Shown piece after piece: positions 11,801 through 20,407 of a stretch of DNA of 26,921 nt. Each line of letters starts with the position of its first letter. The first letter of the stretch is position 1. The DNA is from Candidatus Velthaea sp. (GTDB lineage Bacteria > Vulcanimicrobiota > Vulcanimicrobiia > Vulcanimicrobiales > Vulcanimicrobiaceae). The translations under genes were made by a program, and so were the position numbers. The notes below the pieces were generated by a model. The model was not told where the DNA came from, ran no database searches, and worked only from the letters and a program-made list of their open reading frames with translations. The stretch covers positions 1-26,921 of the forward strand of contig JBEKHC010000072.1 in the NCBI GenBank assembly GCA_050012475.1, given 5' to 3'.

Positions 11801-13751
11801 GTGGGATGCGGACGGGACGTATGCGGGGTGGGGACAATATTATCGTTCCACGTCACCGCTGCTCGTCAGCCAAGTGGCGGCGCTCCTTTCGAGTTTGAAG
11901 ATCGCGTATTACGTGCGCGATACGATGGTTGCCGTTCAAGATCGTTCTCGTTTCACCGCGCTGGTCGGCGGACCACTCATGCCTACGAAGCGCGTCACGG
12001 ACGCACGCAAACGGAATTCGATGCCCGTTCTCACCAGCGCGCTCGTCGGGCATCTCGGCGCCGCGGTGCCAGTTGCCGATCCGATGGCGCGACGTTGCTT
12101 TTTGCATGCGACGAGCCGAACCTACACCAAGGTGATGCCGTCCAGCACGTATCTCATGCGAATTCCCGGGTTTTGGGATGCGTACCAGCGGTCGTACGAG
12201 GAGCTGTTTCTCGGCGACTCGCGGCCGGTGTACATCGATTCAATCGAAGCGATCGAAGCGGATGAATGCTTCGATTTGCAGATGGCGGATCAATCCTCGC
12301 CGTACTTTATCGCGAACGGCGTAGCAACCCACAATTGTTATCAAGAACAAGTGATGCAGATCGCACGTGATGTCGCCGGTTTCACCATGGGGCAGGCCGA
12401 CGAGTTGCGCAAAGTCATGGGGAAGAAACAGAAAGAGAAAATCCCCGTGTATCGCGAGAAGTTCATCGCCGGAGCTGCGGAAGCGAGCGGCATCGATGCG
12501 AAACTCGCCGAGGACATCTTCGCCTTCATCGAGCCCTTTGCCGGTTACGGCTTCAACAAATCGCACGCCGCCGCGTACGGCTGGATCGCGTATCAAACCG
12601 CGTATTTGAAGGCGAACCATCCGGTCGCCTATTTTGCCGCGCTCATGACGTCGGTGCGCGACAAGACCGACAAGCTCGTCGAGTACATCGACGAAGCCAA
12701 GAAATTGGGCGTCGCGGTGTTGCCGCCGGACATCAACGAATCGCTGGTCGATTTCGCCGTCGTCGGAACCCAGATCCGCTTCGGGCTCGCCGCCGTCAAA
12801 GGGATCGGCTCTAGCGCGGTGCGCGCGGTGCTGCAGGCGCGCGAAGACGGCAAGTTCGTCGATTTCTTCGACTGCGTGCGGCGCGTCGACATCAAGCACG
12901 TCAACCGCAAAGTCTATGAAGCGCTCATCAAGTGCGGCGCGTTCGACACGTTGCCCGGGAATCGCGCGCAGTTGCTCGAGGCGCTCGACTCGGCGCTCGA
13001 AGGCGCAAGCCGCGCGGCGCGGGACCGCGAAGTCGGACAGTTCTCGCTTTTCGGCGAGGCGGTCGACGCTCCGGCCGCGCTGACCCCGGCGCTGCGGCCG
13101 ATTGCGCCGCCGTCCACGCTCGAAGCCTTGGCCTGGGAAAAAGAAACGCTGGGCATTTTCGTCTCCGGACATCCGCTGTCCGATGTCGCGGAAGCGCTCG
13201 TGCGCGGCGGGGCGGCCCAGGTCAAAGACTTGCGCGCGCTCGAAGACGATGCCGTCGTGCGCATTGCTGGTCTGGTCACGGCCGTGCGCCGCACGATGAC
13301 CAGAGCCCAGTCGCAAATGCTCATCGCGACGGTCGAAGACATGAGCGGCGCCGTCGAAGTCGTCGTGTTCCCCAAACAATATCCCGTGCTGCAAGGCTTC
13401 TTTACTGAGGATGCGATCGTGATCGTGAACGGCCGGCTGCGTCTGCGCGAGCGGCGCGGCTCGACGCCCGGCGAAGAGACCCCGCTCGAACTTAGCGTGA
13501 CCGCCAACGATGTGTCGCGCTACGAGCGCACCGCAGAGCCGCCCAAAGTGCTGGGTTGGCACGTGACGGTCACGCGCAGACAGCAGATCGACGAACTCGC
13601 CGTGTTGCTTGCCGAATGGCCCGGGACGGTGCCGCTCTCCGTGCACATCAACGGCGAAACCGTGATGCGCAGCCTTGCGCCGTCGCTGCAGATGCGCACG
13701 CGCTTGGCGGCGATCGTCGGCGACGCCAATCTGCGGGAGGGACCGCCGTGA
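8832..13751 (+). CDS. dnaE: DNA polymerase III alpha subunit, intein-containing precursor
   Basis: PHP HLHVHSEYSLLDG, GRGSAVGS, PDIDTDF, KMDFLGL, YQEQVMQ, YGFNKSHA, clamp motif QFSLF, OB fold. Confidence 0.98.
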   Translation: MSSFVHLHVHSEYSLLDGACRVDDLCRRSADEGAPGIALTDHGVMFGAVDFYDTSRRYGLTPIIGCEAYIAPRGRFDRSVRDEAHVTLLAASDEGYKNLTALISKGFLEGYYYKPRIDLDLLAQHNAGLIVLSGCMSGLVAAPLLKNDRETSKKNARIFAEIFGDRFYIEIMRHGMPEEETINDGLISIARELSLPLVATNDSHYLSRGDAQAHDVLLCIGTGKTVADTSRMKFFSDEFYVKSADEMRELFADVPEACDNTLEIVKRIDIKIPEKVFYLPDYPVPKTAADDIAGVLAGVPGVFAASAALDPARAAVAAQAKASAANAAAAAVLVAPLIEGDVDGIVAALAAGEAESTVATASPDGASAPQAARTVEMSADEYLRLVCEKGLIERYGVERAKTDPELRRRLEYELGVIIAMGFSSYFLIVWDFIKFARDSDIPVGPGRGSAVGSLVAYCLKITDLDPLKFGLIFERFLNPDRISMPDIDTDFCVERRDEVIAYVTQKYGKDRVAQIVTFGTMAARAAIRDAGRALAVPLPDVDRVAKLIPSGPGGLSIAKALEQIPELKALYDLNPQIRRLVDTANSIEGLARHASTHAAGVVISKNPLIEHVPLVRIGEGDVNTQYEMGDVERVGLLKMDFLGLRNLTVMKAATDEIRRTTDPTFDLATIPDDDMRTYEMLGRGETLGVFQLESEGMRRVCIDLKPSTLADIIALVALYRPGPMDWIPQYINNKHGRTKPTYLHPKLVNILSETYGIACLRVGTPVWYADGTMKPIEEVRSGDAILTYDAPTGSVREGSAEKVWASGRKPLLRITLSTGTVIECSEDHRFPTPVGDRFARDLRPNQGLRKKNYIHNAPESVLFEAWQPSKNDWALSVGMDRAYVLGLLVGDGSLKVKGSKNITCATRADAEFVASISRQAFECDTSIYFNTRAWYVGLAFYTAPKPTPLTLWLDEVYGGRMWCRTSKEKSIPGRAIDWPEEERIALLRGLWDADGTYAGWGQYYRSTSPLLVSQVAALLSSLKIAYYVRDTMVAVQDRSRFTALVGGPLMPTKRVTDARKRNSMPVLTSALVGHLGAAVPVADPMARRCFLHATSRTYTKVMPSSTYLMRIPGFWDAYQRSYEELFLGDSRPVYIDSIEAIEADECFDLQMADQSSPYFIANGVATHNCYQEQVMQIARDVAGFTMGQADELRKVMGKKQKEKIPVYREKFIAGAAEASGIDAKLAEDIFAFIEPFAGYGFNKSHAAAYGWIAYQTAYLKANHPVAYFAALMTSVRDKTDKLVEYIDEAKKLGVAVLPPDINESLVDFAVVGTQIRFGLAAVKGIGSSAVRAVLQAREDGKFVDFFDCVRRVDIKHVNRKVYEALIKCGAFDTLPGNRAQLLEALDSALEGASRAARDREVGQFSLFGEAVDAPAALTPALRPIAPPSTLEALAWEKETLGIFVSGHPLSDVAEALVRGGAAQVKDLRALEDDAVVRIAGLVTAVRRTMTRAQSQMLIATVEDMSGAVEVVVFPKQYPVLQGFFTEDAIVIVNGRLRLRERRGSTPGEETPLELSVTANDVSRYERTAEPPKVLGWHVTVTRRQQIDELAVLLAEWPGTVPLSVHINGETVMRSLAPSLQMRTRLAAIVGDANLREGPP
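11106..12335 (+). mobile_element. 410-aa intein with LAGLIDADG homing endonuclease in dnaE
   Basis: Interrupts TYGIA|CYQEQ; starts CLRVGTPV, block B CSEDHRF, LAGLIDADG motifs LGLLVGDGS and LRGLWDADG, ends FIANGVATHN followed by +1 Cys. Confidence 0.96.
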
Positions 13752-14956
13752 GACTGCCCGCCGGAGTTCGCGACTGGCTGCCGCACGAGCTGGCGCGCAA
13801 GCGCGACGTCGAGCTGGTCATTCGCGCCGTCTTCGGACGCTGGGCGTATGAGGAAGTGCAGACGCCGACGTTCGAACGCTTCGACGTGCTCGAAAAGGGG
13901 TTGGGCGCTGACCTCGTCGATCAAGCGTATCGCTTCAGCGATCGCCGGGCCACCGCGCTCGCTCTCCGGCCCGAGATGACGACGCCGATCGCGCGCCTGG
14001 TTTCGACCCGCATGCGCGAAGCGCCGCTGCCGCTGCGTCTGTCGTACGTGACGCCGGTGTACCGCTATTACGACCAGCCGCAGGAGGGCCGCTTGCGCGA
14101 GTTGACGCAGGGCGGCGTCGAACTCATCGGTGCGCCCGGCTTGGACGCTGATGCCGAAACGCTGTTCATGGCGATCGAAACGCTCGATGAGATCGGCCTG
14201 CGCGATGCGCTCTTCGATGTCAACGATGCCAGCGTCGTCGACGGCATTCTCGAGGGCCTCGGATTGGCGCCGGAGAGGGCGCTTGTTGCCAAGGGCTTCA
14301 TGAAAGAGCGCAATATCGTCGCCCTGCGCGCGCTCGAGCCCGCACTCGTCGAGTTTGCCATGACCCGCGGCGGCGCGGAAGTATTGGAGCGCGCGCGCCG
14401 CGTTTGCCGGACGCCGGCCTCGATTGCCGCCCTCGACCGCCTCGCGCTCTTGCTTCGCCGCGCGTCGATGCTGGGCTATGGAGCGCGGATCCAAGTCGAT
14501 TTCGCCTTGCTGCGCGACTTGGAGTATTACACCGGATTCATCTTCGAGGGCTATGTCCCCGAGGTGGGTTTCTCGCTCTGCGGCGGCGGCCGGTACGATG
14601 GCTTGCTGCCGCGTTTCGGCTTCAACGTTCCGGCAGTCGGCTGGACGGCGGGCGTCGAGCGGCTGCTCATCGCCCTCGAACGGCGCGGCAAACATGCCGT
14701 CCGCCGGCGTCACCGCATCGACGTGCTCGTCAGCGGCTCGGACGTAGTTGCGGCGCGCGAACGCGCGGCCGGCAACATCGTGCGCTTCGCCAGCGGCGAG
14801 TTCGATGAAGCGGCGCTGATCGCCGATGCGCGCGCGCACCATATCCCGCGCGTCGTCATCGCCGTGAACGGCAGCGTGCGCGAGCTGCGCGTTACGCCGC
14901 CGCTCGACGAACGGCTTCCGGCGCACACCGTTGCGACCAAGTGGGATGCGAAATGA
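13748..14956 (+). CDS. hisZ: ATP phosphoribosyltransferase regulatory subunit
   Basis: RLPAGVRDWLP, LRPEMTTPIAR, RELTQGGVELIG, LEYYTG, GGGRYDGLL; GTG overlaps dnaE stop; precedes short hisG. Confidence 0.92.
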   Translation: MRLPAGVRDWLPHELARKRDVELVIRAVFGRWAYEEVQTPTFERFDVLEKGLGADLVDQAYRFSDRRATALALRPEMTTPIARLVSTRMREAPLPLRLSYVTPVYRYYDQPQEGRLRELTQGGVELIGAPGLDADAETLFMAIETLDEIGLRDALFDVNDASVVDGILEGLGLAPERALVAKGFMKERNIVALRALEPALVEFAMTRGGAEVLERARRVCRTPASIAALDRLALLLRRASMLGYGARIQVDFALLRDLEYYTGFIFEGYVPEVGFSLCGGGRYDGLLPRFGFNVPAVGWTAGVERLLIALERRGKHAVRRRHRIDVLVSGSDVVAARERAAGNIVRFASGEFDEAALIADARAHHIPRVVIAVNGSVRELRVTPPLDERLPAHTVATKWDAK

Positions 14957-14971
14957 TTGAAGGTCCGTGCG

Positions 14972-15613
14972 ATGCCGGATAAGCTCGTCATCGCGATGCC
15001 CAAGGGCGCCTTGTACGACGATGCAGCCGCACGTTTGCGGCTCGCGGGCATCGATGTGCCGGTGGATCCGGGCCGCAAACTCACCGTCACCACCGCCGAC
15101 GGCCGGGCCGAGCTGCTGATGCTGCGGCCGACCGACGTTCCCGCGTATGTCGAGTTCGGCGCCGCGGATTGCGGCATCGTCGGCAAGGACGTGCTCTGGG
15201 AAACCGATCGGACGGTCAGCGAGCTGGCCGATCTCGGTTTCGGCTACTGCCGGCTGGTCGTCGCCGCTCGTCGCATCGACCGGTATCACGAAGGCGCGCC
15301 GTTCCCGACGTTTTTGCGGGTGGCGACGAAGTTCGCCCGCTCGGCCGAGGCCTATTTCGCCGAACGCGACTTGCCCGTCGAACTCATCCCGCTGCACGGG
15401 TCGGTCGAACTCAGCCCGGTTGTCGGACTCGCGGATGCCATCGTCGATCTGGTCGCCACCGGCAAGACGCTGCGCGAACACGACATGGTCATCGTCGACG
15501 AGATCGCCGAGAGCACGGCTCGTTTCGTCGTCAATCCGGTGCGCTTTCGCGCCAAATACCGCTCGATCGTCGATCTGCTCGCGCGGTTGGACGCAACGCA
15601 GGCACCAGCCTGA
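14972..15613 (+). CDS. hisG: ATP phosphoribosyltransferase, short form
   Basis: IAMPKG, DVPAYVEFGAADCGIVGKD, RVATKF, GSVEL, ADAIVDLVATGKTLREH. Confidence 0.96.
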   Translation: MPDKLVIAMPKGALYDDAAARLRLAGIDVPVDPGRKLTVTTADGRAELLMLRPTDVPAYVEFGAADCGIVGKDVLWETDRTVSELADLGFGYCRLVVAARRIDRYHEGAPFPTFLRVATKFARSAEAYFAERDLPVELIPLHGSVELSPVVGLADAIVDLVATGKTLREHDMVIVDEIAESTARFVVNPVRFRAKYRSIVDLLARLDATQAPA

Positions 15614-16986
15614 ACGCACTGGGCGACTTCCAGACGCCGCCGGCGCTTGCCGCACAGGTCGTGGAAGCGATCCGCGCGCGCGGAGCCGAGCCGGCGCGCG
15701 TCCTCGAACCGGCCTGCGGCAGCGGCGCGTTTTTGCAGGCCGCCGCGGCGGCGTTTCCCACCGCCGAGATCATCGGCATCGAATACCAGCGCGACCGGTT
15801 TGCCGCGCAGCTCGAAGCCTTGCAGCGTCAGCAGCCGCAGCTGAGCCTTCGGTACGCGAACGCTTATGAAATCGACTTCGGCGCGCTCGCGTGGCGCGCG
15901 CGCGGGCCGCTGGCGGTGGTCGGCAATCCGCCGTGGGTCACGGCAGCGGCGCTGGGCTGCGGTCCGGGCGACGTTCTTCAACCGCCACGCTCGAATGTCA
16001 AGCAGTTGCGCGGACTGGCTGCGCGCACCGGCGCGGCGAACTTCGACGTGGCCGAGTTCTTCGTGTTGAAAGTCCTGCGCGAGTTGCGCGCCCAGCCGCT
16101 GCACCTCGCGCTCTTGGTGAAGGAATCGGTCGCGCGCAAGGTGCTCGCGACGGCCGCGTCGAGCGACCTTGGCATCGCGTCGGCCGAGGTCGTCCGGATC
16201 GACGCGCGGCGTTGGTTCGGCGTGGCGGTTGATGCGTGCTGTCTGCTGCTTTCGACGGTGCGCGGTGCGGCGTTCGCCGGTCCGGTGGCGATTCGCCCGG
16301 GATTCGGGCGCGACAGCGTCGGCTGGATCGTTCCTGCGCCGATTCGGCCGCCGCCGCCGGTGATGTTTCGCCAGGGCATCAAACACGATGCCGCCGACGT
16401 GTTCGAGTTGCGGCTAGTCGACGGTGTATGGCGCAACGGATACGGCGAAGCCGTCGATGTCGAACCGGCGCACGTCTATCCGCTGCTGAAGGCCCGCGCG
16501 CTGCACGCGGGAACGCTGGACGAACCTACGGCGCTGGTCGTTCCTCAAACGAAGCTGGGTGCCGCGACCGGCGAACTCGAAGCGCATGCGCCGCGGCTGT
16601 GGCGCTATTTGTGCGTGCACGCGACCCGCATCGCGGCGCGCAAATCCTCGATCTATCGCAACGCACCGCCGTTCGCGATCTTCGGCGTCGGACCGTACAG
16701 CTTTGCGCCCTGGAAAGTCGCCGTCGCCGGCTTCTATGCGCAGCCGCGCTTCCGCGTCGTCGGACCGCGGGAGGGACGTCCGGTGGTCCTCGGCGACACA
16801 TCGTATTTCGCGGCCTTCGAGCGGGAAGACGACGCACGCGCGTTTGCCGCGCTGTGCACGAGTTCCGCGGCAGCCGCGGCGATCGCCCGCCGCGCAATCC
16901 GCGGAAAGCGGCCGATCACCAAAGCGCTGCTCGACGATCTCGATTGGCCGGCGATCGGCGCGGCCTGCGCGGGCGCGCCCGTGTAA
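15610..16986 (+). CDS. Gamma-class N6-adenine DNA methyltransferase (orphan)
   Basis: Motif X GDFQTP, motif I LEPACGSGAF, motif IV GNPPW, C-terminal TRD-like region; probable CTG start overlapping hisG stop. Confidence 0.85.
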   Translation: MNALGDFQTPPALAAQVVEAIRARGAEPARVLEPACGSGAFLQAAAAAFPTAEIIGIEYQRDRFAAQLEALQRQQPQLSLRYANAYEIDFGALAWRARGPLAVVGNPPWVTAAALGCGPGDVLQPPRSNVKQLRGLAARTGAANFDVAEFFVLKVLRELRAQPLHLALLVKESVARKVLATAASSDLGIASAEVVRIDARRWFGVAVDACCLLLSTVRGAAFAGPVAIRPGFGRDSVGWIVPAPIRPPPPVMFRQGIKHDAADVFELRLVDGVWRNGYGEAVDVEPAHVYPLLKARALHAGTLDEPTALVVPQTKLGAATGELEAHAPRLWRYLCVHATRIAARKSSIYRNAPPFAIFGVGPYSFAPWKVAVAGFYAQPRFRVVGPREGRPVVLGDTSYFAAFEREDDARAFAALCTSSAAAAAIARRAIRGKRPITKALLDDLDWPAIGAACAGAPV

Positions 16987-17248
16987 AAGTTTCCGCCGAA
17001 GGCTCAGCTCCCAGCCGCCGCGCGTCGATGGAAACTCTAGCTCGAGCGCTGCGTCGGAAACTCGCTCGAACGGTCGCCGTTCATTCTTCGCCCGGCTCAT
17101 CGTCGCCGTGCGGTCACGACGCCCCGGCGTCGTCCGTCCACCAAGCGATTGGGTGAAGAGACTTCGAATGCGATGATCGGACGCAGCGCCTGAGTAGCGC
17201 CTCCAGGCCCGGACAGAGTTTGCGCGCCGGTGCGCGAAGGCCGGGAGC

Positions 17249-18529
17249 ATGCTCATCGTCGACGCTCGCGACCGCGCCGCACTGCAGCCCCTGTATGCGG
17301 GCGGCTGGGATCCGCCGCGCGAGATTCGCGAACGCGTCGCCGCGATGCTCGCCGACGTGCGCGAGCGTGGTGATGCAGCCGTCGTCGAGTACACCCGGCA
17401 GTTCGATTTCGCCGGCTGCACGGGCGAACGTTTGCGCGTCGACATCCCGTCACGAAAGCACGCGCGCACACTGGTGCCCGAACGCATTGCCGCGGGCCTC
17501 GAGGTCGCGCGCGAACGGATCGAGGAATTCCACGCGCGCCAAAAGCCGGTCGATCTGTCGTACCATACGCGGGACGGAACGCTGTGCCAACTGCTGCACC
17601 GGCCGCTGAGCAGCATCGGCGCCTACGTGCCGGGCGGAACGGCGACGCTCCCGTCGTCGGTGCTCATGACCGTCGTGCCGGCCAAGGTCGCGGGCGTCGA
17701 CCGCGTCGTGGTGACGACGCCGCCGGCGCGTGACGGGTCGGTCAATCCGGCAATCTTGTACGCTTGCAGCCTCACCGGCGTCGACGAACTGTACGCCGTC
17801 GGCGGCGCGCAAGCCGTGGCCGCGCTGGCGTTCGGCACGCCCACCCTCGCCGCGGTCGATAAAATCGTCGGCCCGGGCAACGTGTACGTGACCGAGGCCA
17901 AACGCCAGGTGTTCGGCATCTGCGGCATCGACGGGCTCGCCGGACCATCGGAAGTGCTGGTGGTCGCCGACGAACGTGCGCGTCCGCGCCTGGTTGCCGG
18001 CGAACTCATCGCGCAAGCCGAGCACGATCCGCTCGCCCGCGTTGCGGCGGTGTCGCGCGACCGCGCGCTGCTCGAAGCGGTCGCAGCGCTTTTGAGCGGC
18101 GACTTCGCGCGCGAAACGGGGCGCAACGAGATCGTCGCCGGCGTCCTGCGCGACCGGACGTACCTCATCTTCGCCAACACCGATGCCGAGATTCTCGAGG
18201 TCATCGAACGCTTCGCGCCCGAACACCTTTCGCTGCAAATCGCGACGCCGCACGAGCTCGTCGCCAAGATCCGGCGGGCCGGAGCGATCTTCGTCGGCGA
18301 CGACACGCCGGTGGCGGCGGGGGATTACATCGCGGGCAGCAATCACGTGTTGCCGACCTCGGGCGCCGCCCGCTTCTCGTCCGGCTTGCACACGGCCGAC
18401 TACTATCGAACGATGTCGCTGATCGAAAATAGCCGGGCCCGCATGGCCGGCGACCGGGAGACGCTCGCGGCGCTGGCAGCGTTCGAGGGTCTGCCCGCGC
18501 ACGCTCGTACCGCGCTGCTGCGCGAGTGA
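17249..18529 (+). CDS. hisD: Histidinol dehydrogenase
   Basis: GAYVPGG, KIVGPGNVYV, AGPSEV, QAEHD, APEHL, GDYIAGSNHVLPT. Confidence 0.97.
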   Translation: MLIVDARDRAALQPLYAGGWDPPREIRERVAAMLADVRERGDAAVVEYTRQFDFAGCTGERLRVDIPSRKHARTLVPERIAAGLEVARERIEEFHARQKPVDLSYHTRDGTLCQLLHRPLSSIGAYVPGGTATLPSSVLMTVVPAKVAGVDRVVVTTPPARDGSVNPAILYACSLTGVDELYAVGGAQAVAALAFGTPTLAAVDKIVGPGNVYVTEAKRQVFGICGIDGLAGPSEVLVVADERARPRLVAGELIAQAEHDPLARVAAVSRDRALLEAVAALLSGDFARETGRNEIVAGVLRDRTYLIFANTDAEILEVIERFAPEHLSLQIATPHELVAKIRRAGAIFVGDDTPVAAGDYIAGSNHVLPTSGAARFSSGLHTADYYRTMSLIENSRARMAGDRETLAALAAFEGLPAHARTALLRE

Positions 18530-18678
18530 CGATGCTGTTCGTCCGCGGTTGCTCCGCTTCTCCCGGCGCCCAGCGCCGTTTGACGGCGATCTTGCCGGGC
18601 GTCAGGTTGCCGTCAACAACGGGCGGGCTTCCCGGCAGGCCGCCGCGGATTCCCGGTGCGGCCCGCAGCGCGGCGACC

Positions 18679-18722
18679 CCGGAGACTTGCGCGCGGACCG
18701 GAGACTTGCGCGCCGACCGGAG
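18679..18722. repeat. 19-bp tandem repeat x2.3 (CCGGAGACTTGCGCGCSGA)
   Basis: Copies at 18679, 18698 and a partial at 18717. Confidence 0.85.
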
Positions 18723-18767
18723 GTCAAGGAAGCGGATTCGGGTGCCGTTCGCGCGTACATGTGCGCA

Positions 18768-19583
18768 GTGATTCGTCCAGCCGTCGCCGTCCGCTTGATC
18801 GCGCTCGATTTGGACGGGACCGTTATCGGCGCCGATCTCATCGTGCGCGAGCGGGTCCGCGAAAGCGTCATCCGCGCCCAAGCACAGGGCATCGCGGTGA
18901 CCATCGTGACCGGCCGGATGTTTGCGGCCACGCGTCCGTTCGTCGAAGCGCTCGGACTGCGCGGACCGGTCGTGTGCTATCAGGGTGCAGCGATCTTCAA
19001 CGCCGCCGACGGCACGATTTTGGAGCAGACGCCGCTGGCGCAGCCGGTGACGCGCGAAGTGCTCGCCAAAGCCAAAGCCGACCGCTTTCATGCCCAGTGC
19101 TATGCGGACGATCGGCTCTATGTCGAAGCGATGAACGCGGAAACGCAAAAGTACATCAACCTTTCGCAGGTCGTGCCGATCGTCGTCCCTTCGCTGATCG
19201 AAAAGTTCGCCGATGAACCGACGCTCAAGATCGTGCTCGTCGATGATGCGCAACGCGCGACTGCGTATACCGAAACGCTGAAAGCGTTGTTGGGCGCACG
19301 CGCGTACGTGACGCGCAGTCATCCCGACTTCGTCGAAGTACTCGATCCCGGCGTCGACAAAGGCCGCGCACTGGCGTTCGTCGCCGCGCACTACGGCTTG
19401 CCGATCGAGGCCACCATGGCCGTGGGCGACTCGTGGAATGATTTGCCGCTGCTCAACGCCGCCGGCATGGGGATTGCGATGGGGTCGGCGCCGCCCGAAG
19501 TGCGGGCGCGGGCCGACGCGGTCGTCGGGGACGTCGCGCACGACGGCGTCGCCGAAGCGATCGAACGGTACGCACTCGCGTGA
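18768..19583 (+). CDS. Cof-type HAD-IIB hydrolase
   Basis: ALDLDGT, VTGR, VDKGRAL, GDSWNDLPLL; start uncertain (ATG 18759 or GTG 18768). Confidence 0.93.
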   Translation: MIRPAVAVRLIALDLDGTVIGADLIVRERVRESVIRAQAQGIAVTIVTGRMFAATRPFVEALGLRGPVVCYQGAAIFNAADGTILEQTPLAQPVTREVLAKAKADRFHAQCYADDRLYVEAMNAETQKYINLSQVVPIVVPSLIEKFADEPTLKIVLVDDAQRATAYTETLKALLGARAYVTRSHPDFVEVLDPGVDKGRALAFVAAHYGLPIEATMAVGDSWNDLPLLNAAGMGIAMGSAPPEVRARADAVVGDVAHDGVAEAIERYALA

Positions 19584-20335
19584 CGGCCGGCGAGGGCGCG
19601 GCGCGGCGGCGCCGGAAGCGATCGATCGTCACCCGGCTGCGCATCTTCTGGGTGTTTATCGTGATCGTCGCCGGCGCGGCGGCCTATGGCGCGTATGCGT
19701 TGATTACGCTGCCCGCGCTGCGTGTGTCGGCGGTCGACGTCCAGATCGCCGGCCGGGTGGTGCAAAAACCCGACGTCGTGCGAGCGGCAAACATCGACCG
19801 CACGCGCAACGCCTGGCTGCTCGACACCGGCGCGATCGCGCGGCGCATCGAAGCGATCCCCTACGTCGATCGGGCGACGGTGCGCCGCATCCCGCCGGCG
19901 CGCGTCGTCATCGCGGTCAGCGAGCGCGAGCCTGTTGCCTGCGTGCGCGGCGGTTCGCGCGTGGTCACGATCGACCGCACGCAGCGCATTCTCCAAGACG
20001 GCTGCGCGCGCGCTTCGGCGCTCCAAATCGTGCTGCGCGACGCGACCTTGGGTGGGCCGGGCAGTCTGGCGAGCCCGCCGGCCCTGGCGGCGCTGCTTGA
20101 CGACGGACGGACGTTGCGCGACGCCGGCGTACAGACGCGCTCGATCGCGGTCGACTCCTACGGCCAGCTCGTCGCCGTCGACACGCGCGGCATCCAGCTG
20201 CTGTTGGGCGACGATGCCGACGTCGCCGAAAAGGCCAAGCTCGTGGCTCCGGTCATCGGAGCGGCGACCCCCGGCCGCTCGATTCGAGCCGTCGATTTGC
20301 GCGCGCCCACGACGCCGACCGTTCAATTTAAATAG
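19580..20335 (+). CDS. ftsQ: Cell division protein FtsQ/DivIB
   Basis: Basic N-terminus, single TM, POTRA-like region (IEAIPYVDRATVRRIPP..VSEREP), C-terminal VDLR; directly upstream of ftsA. Confidence 0.85.
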   Translation: MTAGEGAARRRRKRSIVTRLRIFWVFIVIVAGAAAYGAYALITLPALRVSAVDVQIAGRVVQKPDVVRAANIDRTRNAWLLDTGAIARRIEAIPYVDRATVRRIPPARVVIAVSEREPVACVRGGSRVVTIDRTQRILQDGCARASALQIVLRDATLGGPGSLASPPALAALLDDGRTLRDAGVQTRSIAVDSYGQLVAVDTRGIQLLLGDDADVAEKAKLVAPVIGAATPGRSIRAVDLRAPTTPTVQFK

Positions 20336-20363
20336 CTTCTCTTGTAGGTATCCGCCGCTTGAC

Positions 20364-20379
20364 CCACAATATATTGGGT
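20364..20379. promoter_or_regulatory. NrdR-box-like palindrome CCACAATATATTGGGT abutting a TTGACC -35-like hexamer
   Basis: 14/16 match to NrdR consensus acaCwAtATaTwGtgt. Confidence 0.6.
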
Positions 20380-20407
20380 GTAGTGCGTAATTCACACTGG
20401 CGACTCG

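Noticed and set aside
15169..15609. Long N-terminal extension of the methyltransferase ORF overlapping hisG
   Set aside because: Arg-rich shadow frame of hisG; methyltransferase motifs begin only after 15610
17028..17156. 42-aa ORF after the methyltransferase as a restriction enzyme remnant
   Set aside because: No SD and no nuclease motif
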